Positions 38,508 through 51,400 of a stretch of 64,000 nt of DNA are shown piece after piece (position 1 is the first letter of the stretch; each line of letters begins with the position of its first letter). The translations under genes and the position numbers were made by a program. The notes under the pieces are model-generated. The model ran no database searches. It saw only the letters and a program-made list of their open reading frames with translations, and had not been told where the DNA came from. Origin of the DNA: Lama guanicoe. Its lineage: Eukaryota. The stretch spans positions 20,853,082 to 20,917,081 of the forward strand of contig MU054323.1 of the NCBI GenBank assembly GCA_013239625.1, in the 5' to 3' direction.

Positions 38508-40260
38508 TTCAGTGGGCTTTTTTTTTTTACTATATTCACAAAGTAGGAAACTATCACCACTACCTAATTCCAGAATATTTTCATCACTCCAAAATGAAAC
38601 CCCATATATATTAACAGCCATTCCCCATCCTCCCACACTAGGCAAGGGCTAATCTACTTTCTGTCTCTAGGGATTAGCCTATTTTGGACATTTCACATTC
38701 ATAAGATCATGTGACATGCAGCGTTTTATGTCTGGATTCTTTCATTTGGCTTTCATTCTCAAGATTCACCCATGTTGTAGCGTGTATCAGTATGGCATTC
38801 CTTTTTATGGTGGAATAATATTCCATTGTATGGATATACCATATTAAAAAAATCTACTCATCATTTGATGAACACTGGGTTGTTTCCACTTTTTCACTGT
38901 TATTGATAATGATGCTATGAACATTCACGTACAAAGTTTCTGTGTGACTGTTTTTTCATTTTTCTTGGGTATACCAAGAAGTGGTACTGCAGGGTCATAC
39001 GGTAATACTGTTCACCTCCAGAAAGACTGCCAAAGTGGAGGTACCATTTACATTCTTACCAGCAGTGTATGAGGGCTCAATATTTATCAATTCTCTAAAT
39101 CTTCCCCAGTAATTGTTACTGTCCATCTTTTTTATTATAGCTATACTACTGGCTATGATACGGTATCTCATTGTAGTTTTGACTTGCATTTCCCTGATGA
39201 TTAACAATGTTTAGCAACTTTTCAAGTGTCTATTGGACATGTGTATATCTTTTTTCTTTTTTTTGGAGAAATGTATTAAAATTCTTGGTCCATTTTTTAA
39301 TTGGGTTGTCTTTTTATCATTGAGTTGTAAGAGTCCTTTATATATTCTGGATACTAATCAAATACATGATTATCAGATATATGATTTGCAAATATTTTCT
39401 CCCATTCTGCCAGCTGTCTTTTCATTTTCTTGATGGTATCCTTTGAAACAGGTATTTTAAATTTTGGTCAGGTCTAATCTATCTTTTTTCTTTTGTTGCT
39501 TGTGCTTTAGGTGTCATATTTAAGAAACCATTACCTAATACAAGGTCACAAAGATTTACACCTAGTTTTCTTCTAAAGATTTTTATCATTTTGGCTCTTA
39601 CTTTTAGGATTGTGATCCATTTTGAGTTAATTTCTGAATATGGTGCAATACAGGAAGCAAATTCATTCTTTTGCATGTGGATATTCAGTTGTCCCAGTAC
39701 CATTTGTTAAACAGACTATTCTTTTCCGCCACTGAACTGCATTGGCACCTTTTTTTTTTTTTACCAAAAGTTAGGTTTTATTTCTGAACTCTTAATTCTA
39801 TTCCACAGATCTATAAAAGTCTATCCTTATGGCATTACCACACTATCTTGATTACTGTTGCTTTGTCATAAGTTTCAAAATTCGGACATGAGAGTCTTCC
39901 AATTCTATTCTTTTTCAAGATTGTTTTGGCTATTCTGAGTCTCTTGCATTTCTCTCTGAATTTTAGAATGACCTTGTCAATTTCTGCAAGAGAGTCAAGT
40001 GGGATTTTAACAGAGATTGGAGTGAAATCTGTAGCTCAATTTGGGGAGTATTGCCATCTTAACAATATTAAATCTTCCAGTCCACGAACATGGAATATCT
40101 TCCCATTTATTTAGGCCTTCTTTAATTTCTGTTAACAACGGTTTGTCAGTTTCATTGCACAAATCTTGCACTTGTTTTGTTACATTTATTCCTAAATATT
40201 TATTCTTTTTGATGCTATTTTAAATGTAATTGTTTTCTTAATTTCATTCTTTGATTATTC
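38507..40260 (-). mobile_element. L1 (L1MB-like) 3' ORF2 and 3' UTR, same orientation as THADA
   Basis: Broken ORF2 C-terminal peptides (IIREMQVKTTMRY; PYSEINSKWITILKVR) and an antisense L1 3' UTR. Confidence 0.9.
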
Positions 40261-40705
40261 AGTGTGTGTATGTGCGTGGTGAGTATACATTTATGTATGC
40301 ATATGTGTGCATATGTATATTATATATTTCTCTTATGTATGTATGTCTTTTCTTATGTAACATAAATGCTCCCTTGACAAATATTTAAAAATATGAATGG
40401 AGACCCTTCCCTGTGCAATCACTATGTAGTACAGTCATTTATATACCATACATCTTCACTCTTAATAGTCACATCCTTGAGAATGGGATCTGCATATAAT
40501 ATCATAAAACATTTTATCTAGTGTACACAGTGCCAGTTTATAGTAGTATGAAATATTTTCTAAAAAAATTAAATGAGATTTGAAATCTAATTTGCTTTCC
40601 ATCACTTCTTAGCCATGGACCTTGAAAAAGACACTTTAGATCACTAGTCCCTCATTTGCAATCCAGGAAAATCATACTGGAATTTCTAGGCTTATTATTA
40701 GGCCA

Positions 40706-41210
40706 TGTTCTGGAGTTCATGGTGACTTTCTTCTACAGTAGCAAGACACTTCTAAGAGAAGAGATGGAGCTTCTAGCCCGCACACCACCTATGCGTGAAT
40801 TAGAAAAAAAGCACTCTACCTGTGAGTGAATAAAGCTCCATGCCAAGGCAAACAGTCTAATAAGTAGAGCATGGCTGGGTTTCAGGGTTGCACAGCTTTC
40901 AGCCTGACACCCATGTGGCAACCTCACAACTACCAGAGGACCTGCAGACAGTGGTACCAACAGAGGCACAGAGTGCACACGGCAGCACTCCTGGGAAGAT
41001 CTGAAAGGCTCTTTTCCCTCCTCTGAAACCCACTGGGTACTGTGAACCAGAGTTGGCCTGAGGGAAGCAAAGTAAGATGCACCAGGTAGAAATAAAAGCC
41101 CAGTGTGGGTCTGAGAAGTACCCTAAAGTGGCACACTCAGGGCAAGCTGGGAAGTTGAGTTACCTGCCCTGCAATGAGAATGCAGGGAAAGAAGATCAGG
41201 TTACTGAACA
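40706..41210. mobile_element. Probable old ERVL/MaLR-class LTR
   Basis: GC-elevated ~500-bp block with TG...CA ends (tgttctgg...actgaaca). Family not resolved. Confidence 0.35.
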
Positions 41211-41519
41211 CAGAAAAGGGAATGCCCAGAAATGTCTCAGTTTCAAAACCTGCCCAGAAAATTCTCAGTTTTCATATATATGTGCCTATAAATTACTCTG
41301 TTACCTAAATTTTTAACTAAACTGGCTTCATTTCCAAAATACATGTCAACGATTATCATGTGTCATCATCTTTACTAATATTTCTCTATTCTGAGTCACC
41401 ATCATCTCTTGGCAGAACTACTACAACAGCTTCCTGGCTGGTCTTCTCTTTCCCTCCCACCACCTTACAATCGAGTCTCCATTTTTAACTACGCCAGTCA
41501 GATCCCATTATTCACCTAC

Positions 41520-41990
41520 TGTGAAACCCTCCTGTGCAGGGCTTTTCAAGAGCGGTGGGAACCAAGTTTCAAACCCCAGGTCTGTCCCAGCCACACCCAT
41601 AGAGGCTGTAGCTCATCCAGCCATTTCCAGACTCAGATGAGATGCTACATCGCAGAGCCTGGGATTGGGTTTGTCCAGCAGCTGCCCAAGGGTTGTGATA
41701 ACATCCCAAAGGGTGAACTTTGACCAATAAGAGACAGAAGATGGGACTGTTTCCAGAGTTGGTAGTTTCACATGGCCTGGCTAGAAGATACACCACATGA
41801 CCAAACAACCAGCTCTGTTCTCCTGCAAGGTTAAGGCCCACTTGGTAATGTCTTTCCTCCTTCCTGCCTCACGTTTTTCCTTCATTCATGCTGTTTCAGG
41901 TTTGTACCACTCAATAAAACCTTAGCACCTAGGCTATACCTCTACCTTTGTCTTCGAAGGAATAGGGTCAAAACCCTAGAAATGTAAGTA
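41520..41990 (+). mobile_element. Probable old ERVL-class LTR inserted in L2 debris
   Basis: Starts TGTG, GC-elevated, with AATAAA near the 3' end (about 41913). Confidence 0.4.
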
Positions 41991-42044
41991 AAATGCACCT
42001 CTACTGTATGCCTATAATATCCAAAACTTTCTGCAATATTAGCA

Positions 42045-42250
42045 CAGAATCTGGAGTCAGACAAAGAATGGTGATGGGTCCTTAGTCAAAGCTATTTCAC
42101 CTCTCTGAACCTTGTCTTCTCTATCTGTAAAACGGGGTTATAATCACAGAATCTACCTAGCAGGGTTCTTCTGAGTACTAACTGAAATAGTCAATGTAAA
42201 GGATACTAAGCACATGAAAAATTTTCAGTAAGACAGCCACTATTATGATT
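42045..42250 (+). mobile_element. MIR SINE
   Basis: tctggagtcagac...cacctctctgaacct...ctatctgtaaaacggggttataat. Confidence 0.7.
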
Positions 42251-44112
42251 ATGTCTTATTTATCTTTGTATTTCTAGTAATTAATATCGTCTGCCACACA
42301 AGAGGTATTATGCCTAATGCCCAGTGTATTTACAACAATACATTTCCCCTGGATTTAAAAAAATGCCTAATAGGTGGCAAAGATCAAGAGATCTGTATAG
42401 TCTCAATACAAACTGAGAAACCTGTAAAAACTAAATATATACATGAATTTTCCTAGGATATGTTCCTTTACTGCAAAATTAAAATTAAGTTTGTTTTACT
42501 TGTGTTTTTTCCTAACTTATCAAACAAAACAATTAGGTCAAAAATACAGATGTACCTTTAGGCACAAGACATAGTCCTGAGAAGATGTGTACAAATCATA
42601 TTTCTATAAATCAAACCATATTTCACAGGTGTTCAGGAAAAATCACTCTTTAAATGACTTCAGTAGAGAATGCTGTGGTAAATTGTTTTGTAAAACAAAG
42701 ACTTCTTCACATTCATTGAGTATGCTGGTTTATAATTCGGGCATATCTTACATTAGGTTTTTTATAATGAAGGAAATGTAATAATCAGTATCTTAAAATC
42801 ACTGTATGGATCACGACAGCTATGATGTTTCTTCTTTCTAGTAAAGCAAACAAACTGGATAGAAACAAAAAGACTTCCTTATAACCTGTGTTAAAAGGGA
42901 AGACTCCCCCCAAATAAAACTATATATACACAAACACTTAAATATATTTGTCTTTTGTAGATATGTGTGTATACATGTACTTCACACATATGAAACCCAC
43001 GTAGAGAAAAAAGAGAAAGAAAAGAATACCCCAAATTATTCTTTCTGCATGGTAGCTTTAACAGGGAACTTTTGCTTTTCTTTTTATGCTTTTATTTTCA
43101 AAATTTCTGCAGCGCACATGTGTTACTGTTTTAAAAAATGACCCATTCATTTCTGTTTCAGTTTGCTAAAAAGTTGGAAAAGTTGCCAGGTTTCATTCTC
43201 TGAAAGCTCTTTCACAGAGAACGTTTCTCTGTTCATCAGGAATTAATGGCTTGAAGAAAACAATACTGATATTTCTGGCAATCAGTTTTATGATCTCTAC
43301 TTTTCCTGACGGTCAAGCCACATTCCCACCTCTCCTGACGGTATACTGCTATTGCTCCATTTCCTGTAAACGCAAAAGGTAAACACTGTGTCCTCAGGAG
43401 AAGTTAGGCAATGCTCCTAGACAGAATTTCAGACATTTATCTTTCTTACAGGAAGATGTACAATTTTCCAGGCAAGCATTGGCAACCTTGAGGATTCCTC
43501 TTTACTTTGGGAGTCTGTGCCTTGGGCTACATTGCAATATACTGACTCTCAATCGGGGGCTCACCAGACAGTTATGAAATGCTTTATACCACTCACTAAT
43601 TGGAAAGCCTGCCTTGCTAGTAAATTCTCCATTTTGTAGGTAACATTTTGAGGTCTAGCTTCTTTTCTTCCTTCTTTTCTTCTCTCCCTTGCCAGTCTTT
43701 TTTTTTGTCTTGGGGATTTTTTTAGCTACAGTCAAGTACCTACAAACCGCAGATTAGTCTCCTTTATTCAACAAGGCACAATGATGTAGGAAAACAATAA
43801 AATCATGGTGTTTCTCCCAGGAATTATGTTTTAAAAACATGTAAAAGTTTATTTTCTTAAATCCAGCAACTATACTGGGTATTGCCTACTATCTTAGGGT
43901 TTTGAATCGAAAAGTTTGGACAGTGATCATATTTCAAAAAATGGGACTCAGTGTTTAATTTCCCCCATTTTAATGTTCTGTGAGTGTCTATTTTTTTCAC
44001 CTTTTGATAGAGTATATTTCCAGCATTCGCTTAACACACTGAAACTCAGAATACACAACATCCAAAAGAAAAACACATCCAAATACTTAGTCATTCTGCA
44101 TCCAGCTTAACG

Positions 44113-45100
44113 TCACTAATCGTGAGGGAAACGCAAATCAAAACCACAGAGAGATACCACTTCAGACCTATTAGGATAGCTTTTATCAAAGAAGATAGAA
44201 ACTAACGAGCGTTGGTGAGGGTGTGAAGAAAATGGGACTCTTGTGCATTGCTGATGGGAGTGAAAATCGGTGCTGCCACTGTGGAAAACAGTTCGGCAGG
44301 TCCTCAAAAAGTTAAATGATATACGCGAAGGAACTGTAAGCAGGAACTCAAACAGACACTTGCACGCCAATGTTCACTGCAGCATTATTCACAATAGCCA
44401 AAAAGAAACAAACTGAACATCCATCAACAGATAAACGAACAAACAAAATGTCATATAGCCACACAGTAGAATTTCATTCAGCCTTAAAAAAGAAATTATG
44501 ATATATGCAACAACATGGATAAATCTTGAAAACGCTATGCTAAGTGAAATAATCCAAACACAAAAAGACAAATACTGTTATGAGTCCACCTATATGTGGT
44601 ACCTAGAATAAGCAAATTCACAGAGACAGAAAGTAGAATTCACACAAAAGCTGAAGGGAGGAAATAATGAGAAGTTACTATTAAACAGGTACAAAGTTTC
44701 TGCCCGGGAAGATGAAAAAGTTCTGGAAATGGAGAGTGGTGATGACTGCACAACATTGTGAGTTACACTGCCACTGAATGGTATACCTAAAAATGGTTAA
44801 TATGGTCAACTTTTTAAAAGTAATAATTGACAGCTTAAACAAAAATATTGACAATATAGTGTGGGTTTATTACATACATAAAAGTAAAATGTATAATAAA
44901 AGCACAAAGATTGGGAGGAGAGAAATGGAAGTATATATTATTAGGTTCTTAGACTTTAAGTGAAGTGGTAAAATATCACTTGAGGGTAGACTGTGATGTT
45001 AAAGATGTATATCAGAAACTCTAAAGCAATCACTAAAATAAGAAAACAAGGAGTCATGGCTAATAAACCAACAAAGGAAACAGAATGTAACCATAAAATG
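44113..45100 (+). mobile_element. L1 3' ORF2 and 3' UTR (to about 44815), followed by a second old L1 fragment
   Basis: tcactaatcgtgagggaaacgcaaatcaaaaccacagagagataccac...caacatggataaatcttgaaaac...aaaagttctggaaatggagagtggtgatg. Confidence 0.85.
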
Positions 45101-45241
45101 CCAAGGGTAAAAATGTAGCCTGAGCTATTCCTTAGAGAAACTCCTTGATAAAATGGAATAGATATTTTTTATCATCCACTGAAAGGTTAGTTTATTAACA
45201 TCTACTCAGAGGTATAATTAAGTCAATGAAAAAGCACTTAC

Positions 45242-45364
45242 TGCCCAGACTGGGGATGTAAAGCCCAGAATTGCAGCCTTAGCTCCATCAGCAACATAAG
45301 GGATAATAATTTCTCCCAGACGTGTATCTCTGAACAAGGCTCTAAGGATATTTAAAGCGTGAAC
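45242..45364 (-). CDS. THADA: THADA internal exon, 123 nt: [41 protein letters not shown]
   Basis: Translated by hand (not in the ORF track). Branch-like ctaat, acceptor actttttattctag|GTT, donor GCA|gtaagt. 41 codons without a stop. Confidence 0.96.
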
Positions 45365-45419
45365 CTAGAATAAAAAGTTCAAAATTAGTTGTAGGCTCAA
45401 AACTATTGAAGACTTCTAA

Positions 45420-48400
45420 ATCTGTACATATCTAGTAGCATAGCCTCAAAACAAACAAACAAAAATTAATAAATTACAAGAATAAATGGATAATTCACAA
45501 ATGAAATAGCAGATTTTAATAAAATCTAATAACTAATAACTGATAAATCAAATTTTTTAAAGTTAGCAAGATTTGAACAATGCAATAAAAAAAGCTTGAT
45601 CCAATGGACATATGTAGAATCTGTACCTAAAAAATAGAGACAGTACATTCTTTTCAAGCACACATGAAACATTTATTTTTTTAAAAATGACCTCACACGT
45701 AGCCACAAATAAAGCCTCAACAAATACCAAATAACTAATATCTTACAGATTATGCTCTGATCATAGTAGAATTAAGTTAGAAATCAATTTGTTTATATAC
45801 CTTTAAAACTGATACATTTTAAAACACTGGTCAAAGAAAAACATTTAATATTTAGAGCTGAACAAAGATGCTACAATTCAACACTTGTGCCATGCACTTT
45901 AAGTAGAACGTAAAAGAAAAGTACACCTTAAATGTTTCTACTAAAAAAAGTGAATTGGAAAAAATGTCCAATTAAGATGACAAAAAAAAGAACTCAGAAT
46001 AAAGAAAGAAAATTAAAAAGAGCAGAAAATTTGAAAATAGCAGTGATATAACTAAGAGTGTTAACAAAACCAAAAGGTGATTCTTTGAAATAGAAACAAG
46101 ACTGACAAGATTAACCAAGAAGAGAATGAAGAAAATAAGCAATACTATGAATACCAAAGTGGACATGACTACATGTGCATCAGAGAATAAAGCAAAAATA
46201 TTACTATTCCAATTAATTAGAAAAATTAAGACAAAATGAATAATTTCCTAGAAAACAGAACTAACCAAAACAAATTCAGGGAGAAATGGAGAAGCAAGAC
46301 AGACACTACATCATATAAAGAAAATCAACAGTTAAAAAACAGACCAAAAAGAAAACAAAAAAAGCCAAACCCAACAAAATAATNNNNNNNNNNNNNNNNN
46401 NNNNNNNNNNNNNNNNNNNNNNNNNNNNNNNNNNNNNNNNNNNNNNNNNNNNNNNNNNNNNNNNNNNNNNNNNNNNNNNNNNNNNNNNNNNNNNNNNNNN
46501 NNNNNNNNNNNNNNNNNNNNNNNNNNNNNNNNNNNNNNNNNNNNNNNNNNNNNNNNNNNNNNNNNNNNNNNNNNNNNNNNNNNNNNNNNCAACACACAAC
46601 CACACACACACAAAAGACCAACGTGAGCTTACAGATGAATTCTACCAAATATTCAAAGAATAAATAATCCAAATCTGTATTAAACTGTTTAGAGAAGACT
46701 CCCAAATTTATTTTATCAGTCTAGTACAGCCTGGCTTTCAAAATAAGGTAGAGACAACTACTTTGAGAAACAACAGTATCTATCAAAGCTCAACATACAC
46801 ATACCCAATAACCACTCCCAAGTATCTACTCAAAAGAAACGTATATCTGTGCTCACCATCAGGCATGTACAAGAGTGTTCTTAAAAGTACTATCCTCAAT
46901 AACCTCAGATTTTAAACTACCCAAATGTTCATAAACAGAAGAATGGTAAATAAACTGTATACTATTACAAAGCAATGAAAATGAGTAACTCACAATATGG
47001 ATGGCTATCATAAACATAATGTTGGTCAAAAGAAACCATATCAAAAGGATATATAACGTATGATTACATTTACATGAAATTAGAAAAAAAGACAGGTAAA
47101 ACTAAGGAATTAAAATTAAGCTAGTGGTTACACTGGTAAAAAGTACTGATTAGAAGGCAGTATGAAGGGGGCTTTCAGGTGTTAAAATGTTCTGTTTCTT
47201 GCTGGTTATAGAAGTATGTTTACTTTGTGAAACTTTATAGAGGCACACATATTATTTGTATGTATAATTCAATACAAATTTCACATAAAAATAGGGACAG
47301 GTACAGCATGAAAAAGGAAAACCACATGTTAATCCAGGGAAAATACAAGAAAAAAAGGTTTTTTTAAGTTTAAGTGAATCTAGCAATGAGTAAAAAAAAT
47401 TATTTCAAAGTTGGGAGTTCATTCTCTGTAGGGAAAGATGGTATTATACTAAAAAGTCAATATAATTCATGATGTTTGCAAATTCTAGAAGAAAACATTT
47501 ATCTCAAAAATGCTTGAAAGCATTCAATAAAACTTGATTTATTTGATGAGATAAGAGATAGATTAAAACTTACAGCAAATATCAGAAACAACAAAAGGAT
47601 GCTCACTATCTCTATTTCTATACAAAACTGTACTACAGGTGCCAGCCAGCAGAATAAGAAAAAATTTTTTAAAGAATTTGAAAAGTAAAGCAAATTTAGC
47701 ATTATTTACTAAAGATAGGATTATCTATAAAGAAAATCCAAAGAATTTACAGACAAGTCATTAATTGTAATACAGCAATTTAGATAGGTTGTTGAACATT
47801 TCATAAAAGATCTATATGACTTTCACAGAAAATTATTCTTAAATATAATGAAAAACATTAAGGAAGATCTGAATAAATGGAGAAATAAGCCACGGACATG
47901 GACTGGAAGAGTCAATACCAAAAAAAATTTTTCCCAAATAAATCAATAAATTTAAATTTCAACCAAAATTCAAAAAAGGCTTTGCAGTTGAGCTTAGCCA
48001 GCTGATTCTAAAATTTATATGGAAAAGCAATGGGACAAATATTCCCAAGGTAATTCTGAAGAAAAACAGAAAAAGGAGATTCACCCTACCAGATACCAAA
48101 ACTTATTGAAAAAATATAGTAATTAAAACAGTGATTTTGGATACCCAAGGATAGACTAACAGACTGATAGAATAGAGCACAGAAACAGACACACATATCG
48201 ACAGAAACAGTACATGAGAGAAGTGATGTCATAAATGAAGGGGAAAGAATGTATTACATAAAAAATGATTGTATATTGCTAATCCAAGGGAAAATACTAA
48301 ATTATTTTCTTTTACAAACAAAAACAGATTAGAGATGGTATAAAGACGGAAATGTGACAAGTGAAACTTTAAAACTTTAAAAAGAAAATGTAAAATATCT

Positions 48401-49130
48401 TTCTGACCCTGATCCAAATGCACAAACCATAAAAGAAAAGGCTGATGTATTCCATTTGGTTAAAATTTAAAATTTCCAGGCAATAATAGAATAATAAGCA
48501 AAGTGAAGAGAAGCGGCAGACTGGGGAAGATATGTGTAATGCAAATAACCAAAAAGGAAAAAATATAAGAAAAATAATTTTAAAACAACAACAAAAAACT
48601 CAACTCCTGCAAAACAAAGACAAATAACCAAATTAAAGGTAGACAAAGTCTTTAAACAGGCAATTCACAGAAGTTATCCAAAAGACTAATAAATACATGG
48701 AAAGATGTTAAGGCTAGCCAGTCATCAGAGAATGCAAAATAAAAATGGGAAATACCATTTCACCCCAAGTAGAAAGGCAAAAATTTGTATACAACGAAAT
48801 ACTGCTCAGAAATGAAAATGAACTTGGAGCTTACTAATTTTTTAAAATGTTGATTGAAAAAACCCCAAACTATAAAACGATGTGCAGATATCACCATTCA
48901 TGTAAAAAAATCTCTTAAAAGAATGAAAAAAATGCATGAAATGATTTGGTTTAGTGATTATAGCTGAGGAGGAAGAAAGGGAAATAGGATGTGGAGGAAT
49001 CTACAGTGTACACAATTTTATCTGTAATGTTTCACTTAAACTTGGAATCGGTTTCATGGATGTTGATTATTCACCAGACATTTTTATGTGCTGAAATGTT
49101 TCATAGATACATTATAAAAATAAATAAAGC
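45420..49130 (+). mobile_element. Long degraded L1 ORF2 and 3' region, with a nested L1 3' piece at about 46770-47290
   Basis: ORF2-like motifs (acattcttttcaagcacacatgaaacattt; gctgattctaaaatttatatggaaaagcaa; ataccatttcacccc) in A-rich sequence. Confidence 0.8.
46384..46589. other. Assembly gap (206 N)
   Basis: Run of N between an A-rich flank and a CA-rich flank. Confidence 1.
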
Positions 49131-49419
49131 ATGAGGGGGAGAAGGAAGGCAAATATCATCTAATACCTAGAAGGCTGGTCAGAGATGAAATTTTAAATTT
49201 TTACCAATTTAATAAAAATGATCACTAGTGGCAATTAATGATCTTGAAGCTAATTAAGGCAATAATTTAAAGCCCTCTTTAAAACCAAACTCCATTATTT
49301 TTAGATATTCTTATTAAAAATACTATTTTTTTAAGGTGATAGTCTAAGAAAATGGAACCAATTACATTTTTCACATTTTGGAGGGGGGAATATCATAAAA
49401 TCTGAAAGGTGATCAGTAA

Positions 49420-49640
49420 TTTTTTTTTACTTACTTTTTTTTAATTGGAGTTTACCAATGTTGTGTCAATTTCTGATGTACAACATAATAGCTCAGTCAT
49501 ACATGTACATATATATATTCGACTTCATATTCTTTTTCATTATAGGTTACTACAAGATATTGAATATAATTCCCTGTGCTATACAGTATAAACCTGTTGG
49601 TTATATATTTTATATATAGTAGTTAGTATCTGCAAATCTA
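49420..49640 (-). mobile_element. Younger artiodactyl-type L1 3' end
   Basis: T-tract followed by caatgttgtgtcaatttctgatgtaca...ttacaagatattgaatataattccctgtgctatacagta-like sequence. Confidence 0.75.
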
Positions 49641-50456
49641 ACTTTTTATTTAAAATTTTTAAAGAAATTTCGCATCATAGCGTCACAGGCTACCATTTGA
49701 CATGTGTTAACAAATCCTATCCTTTTCCACTTGTCCACATTCTGGCCCAGGGGCTTCCCTTTAAAACCTCCCACAGGCTCCGAAATAAAACCATATAAAC
49801 TTATTGTACTTGATTGTAAACTTCAGCTCTCAATCTGTCCTCTGACCTAACATGGGCCTCCCACAGTTGGGTAGAAACATCCTACCATGAAGCATTTACT
49901 GAGAAAGCCCAGACAAGAAGTATCTGACAGGTGTTTACTACCATAGAATGGAGTAGAGCTGTGTGGAATACTTAACCCAACTTCATAGACACACACAAAT
50001 ATATACTTAAACCAATGTTAGCAGTGACTAAAAGGGACAAAGTATTAGCTAAAATCAAAATGTGAACATATCAGAAGTCAGACACTCCATTTTAGGGACA
50101 GATTGAACTGCTGAATTATAAAATATACAACAACTCAAAGCAGCACACATAAAATTTTAAAGTGACAGCACATTCATTTTTAGATACAATAGTAATATTA
50201 TAAAATATCTTGCCTAAATTGACTGTTTTCACTAGAGTTTAAAAATAGATCACTTTGGTCAATATATATCAACTAAAGCAATGGTTTATTTTGTGGCCCC
50301 AAAACCCAAACCAAAGCAAAACTCATCCAAAAAACCTTCAATGTTTGTCTTATCTTCAAGAGTTCGGTATCTTGAGCAGATTACATATTTTTTTAAAGTA
50401 CAGCAAAGATTTAAAACCACTGACTTCCTAGCAGGGTTGTAGATTTCCATTATTAC

Positions 50457-50570
50457 CTTGGGGACTGTGCTCTGTGAGTCATCTGTAGGCCCAGCCAAAG
50501 AGATTAACTCTTTCATTGTTATTTTCAATAAATCCATTTTACCTTTCTTAGGTTCAGATGCCAACAATGC
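50457..50570 (-). CDS. THADA: THADA internal exon, 114 nt: ALLASEPKKGKMDLLKITMKELISLAGPTDDSQSTVPK
   Basis: Acceptor gccttgtttttccatag|GCA and donor AAG|gtaata. Phase 0/0, continuing the frame of the previous exon. Overlaps ORF 50286..50567. Confidence 0.96.
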
Positions 50571-51207
50571 CTATGGAAAAACAAGGCAAAAATTATCAGG
50601 ACCATTAATTTATATACACCTGTTCGCTACTTCCCAGAACTGACTCCAAAATGCAAAATCCCCTCTATAAAAACATGTGGTGTTAAGCAAGTTAATTAAG
50701 CCATGTGGCCTTGGACAAGCAGCTTAACCTCTCCACCCTTCAGATTTTTCATCTGTAAAATTAGGTGGTGGTATCATGGAATCTCTAAGGTCACCTCTAG
50801 TTTGCTTGTTAATTATATTATTCTAAGAGGTTGAAAATGGCTCTTGCTGACAACTCTTCCAGGACCATAATTAGGTGGCAGGTCTCAGATACAATAAGCA
50901 AGTCAGTTTTAGTAACAAATTTATCCAACAAGAAACTTCTCTTTACCTGAAAAACAAAAAAACCCTCTAGATTAAATTTCTTGTAAGGATTTGAAAACTC
51001 CCCAGAGATTAATCGGTTATTTAACTCTTAACAAGATTCTATCTGGAGGACTATCAAACTGTAGCACTGGAAACTCCATGGGACAAAAGGAGATGCTATA
51101 AACTTCAAAGAAGGTCCTGTATTTGAATTTTCAAGAGCTGCTTATTTATTTTGTGCCTAATGTTTTGCCAATATTCAACAAACATAAAAATAGGGTATCA
51201 AACCACT

Positions 51208-51400
51208 TGAGGCAATAAAAAGGAGTGAAGTACTGGTACATGTTACAACACGGATGAGCCTTGAAACATTATGTTAAGTGAAAGAAAGAAGATGCAAAGA
51301 CCACACATTATATGATTCCATTTACATGAAATGTCCAGAACGGACACATCAACAGAGACAGAAAATAGATTAGTGGTTGTGTAGGACTGGGAGCAGATGG
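51208..51400 (+). mobile_element. L1M 3' UTR fragment
   Basis: ggcaataaaaaggagtgaagtactg...acattatgttaagtgaaagaa...agattagtggttg. Confidence 0.8.

Noticed and set aside
38995..39703. ORF2-like peptides as an active retroelement
   Set aside because: Fragmented by stops and frameshifts and 5'-truncated.
43330..43363. Possible 34-nt cryptic minus-strand exon (ttttgcgtttacag|GAAATGG...GAGAG|gtggga) and a nearby repeated TCCTGACGGT
   Set aside because: Weak donor, no match to recalled THADA protein, and the flanking exons already join in frame. Such sites are common by chance.
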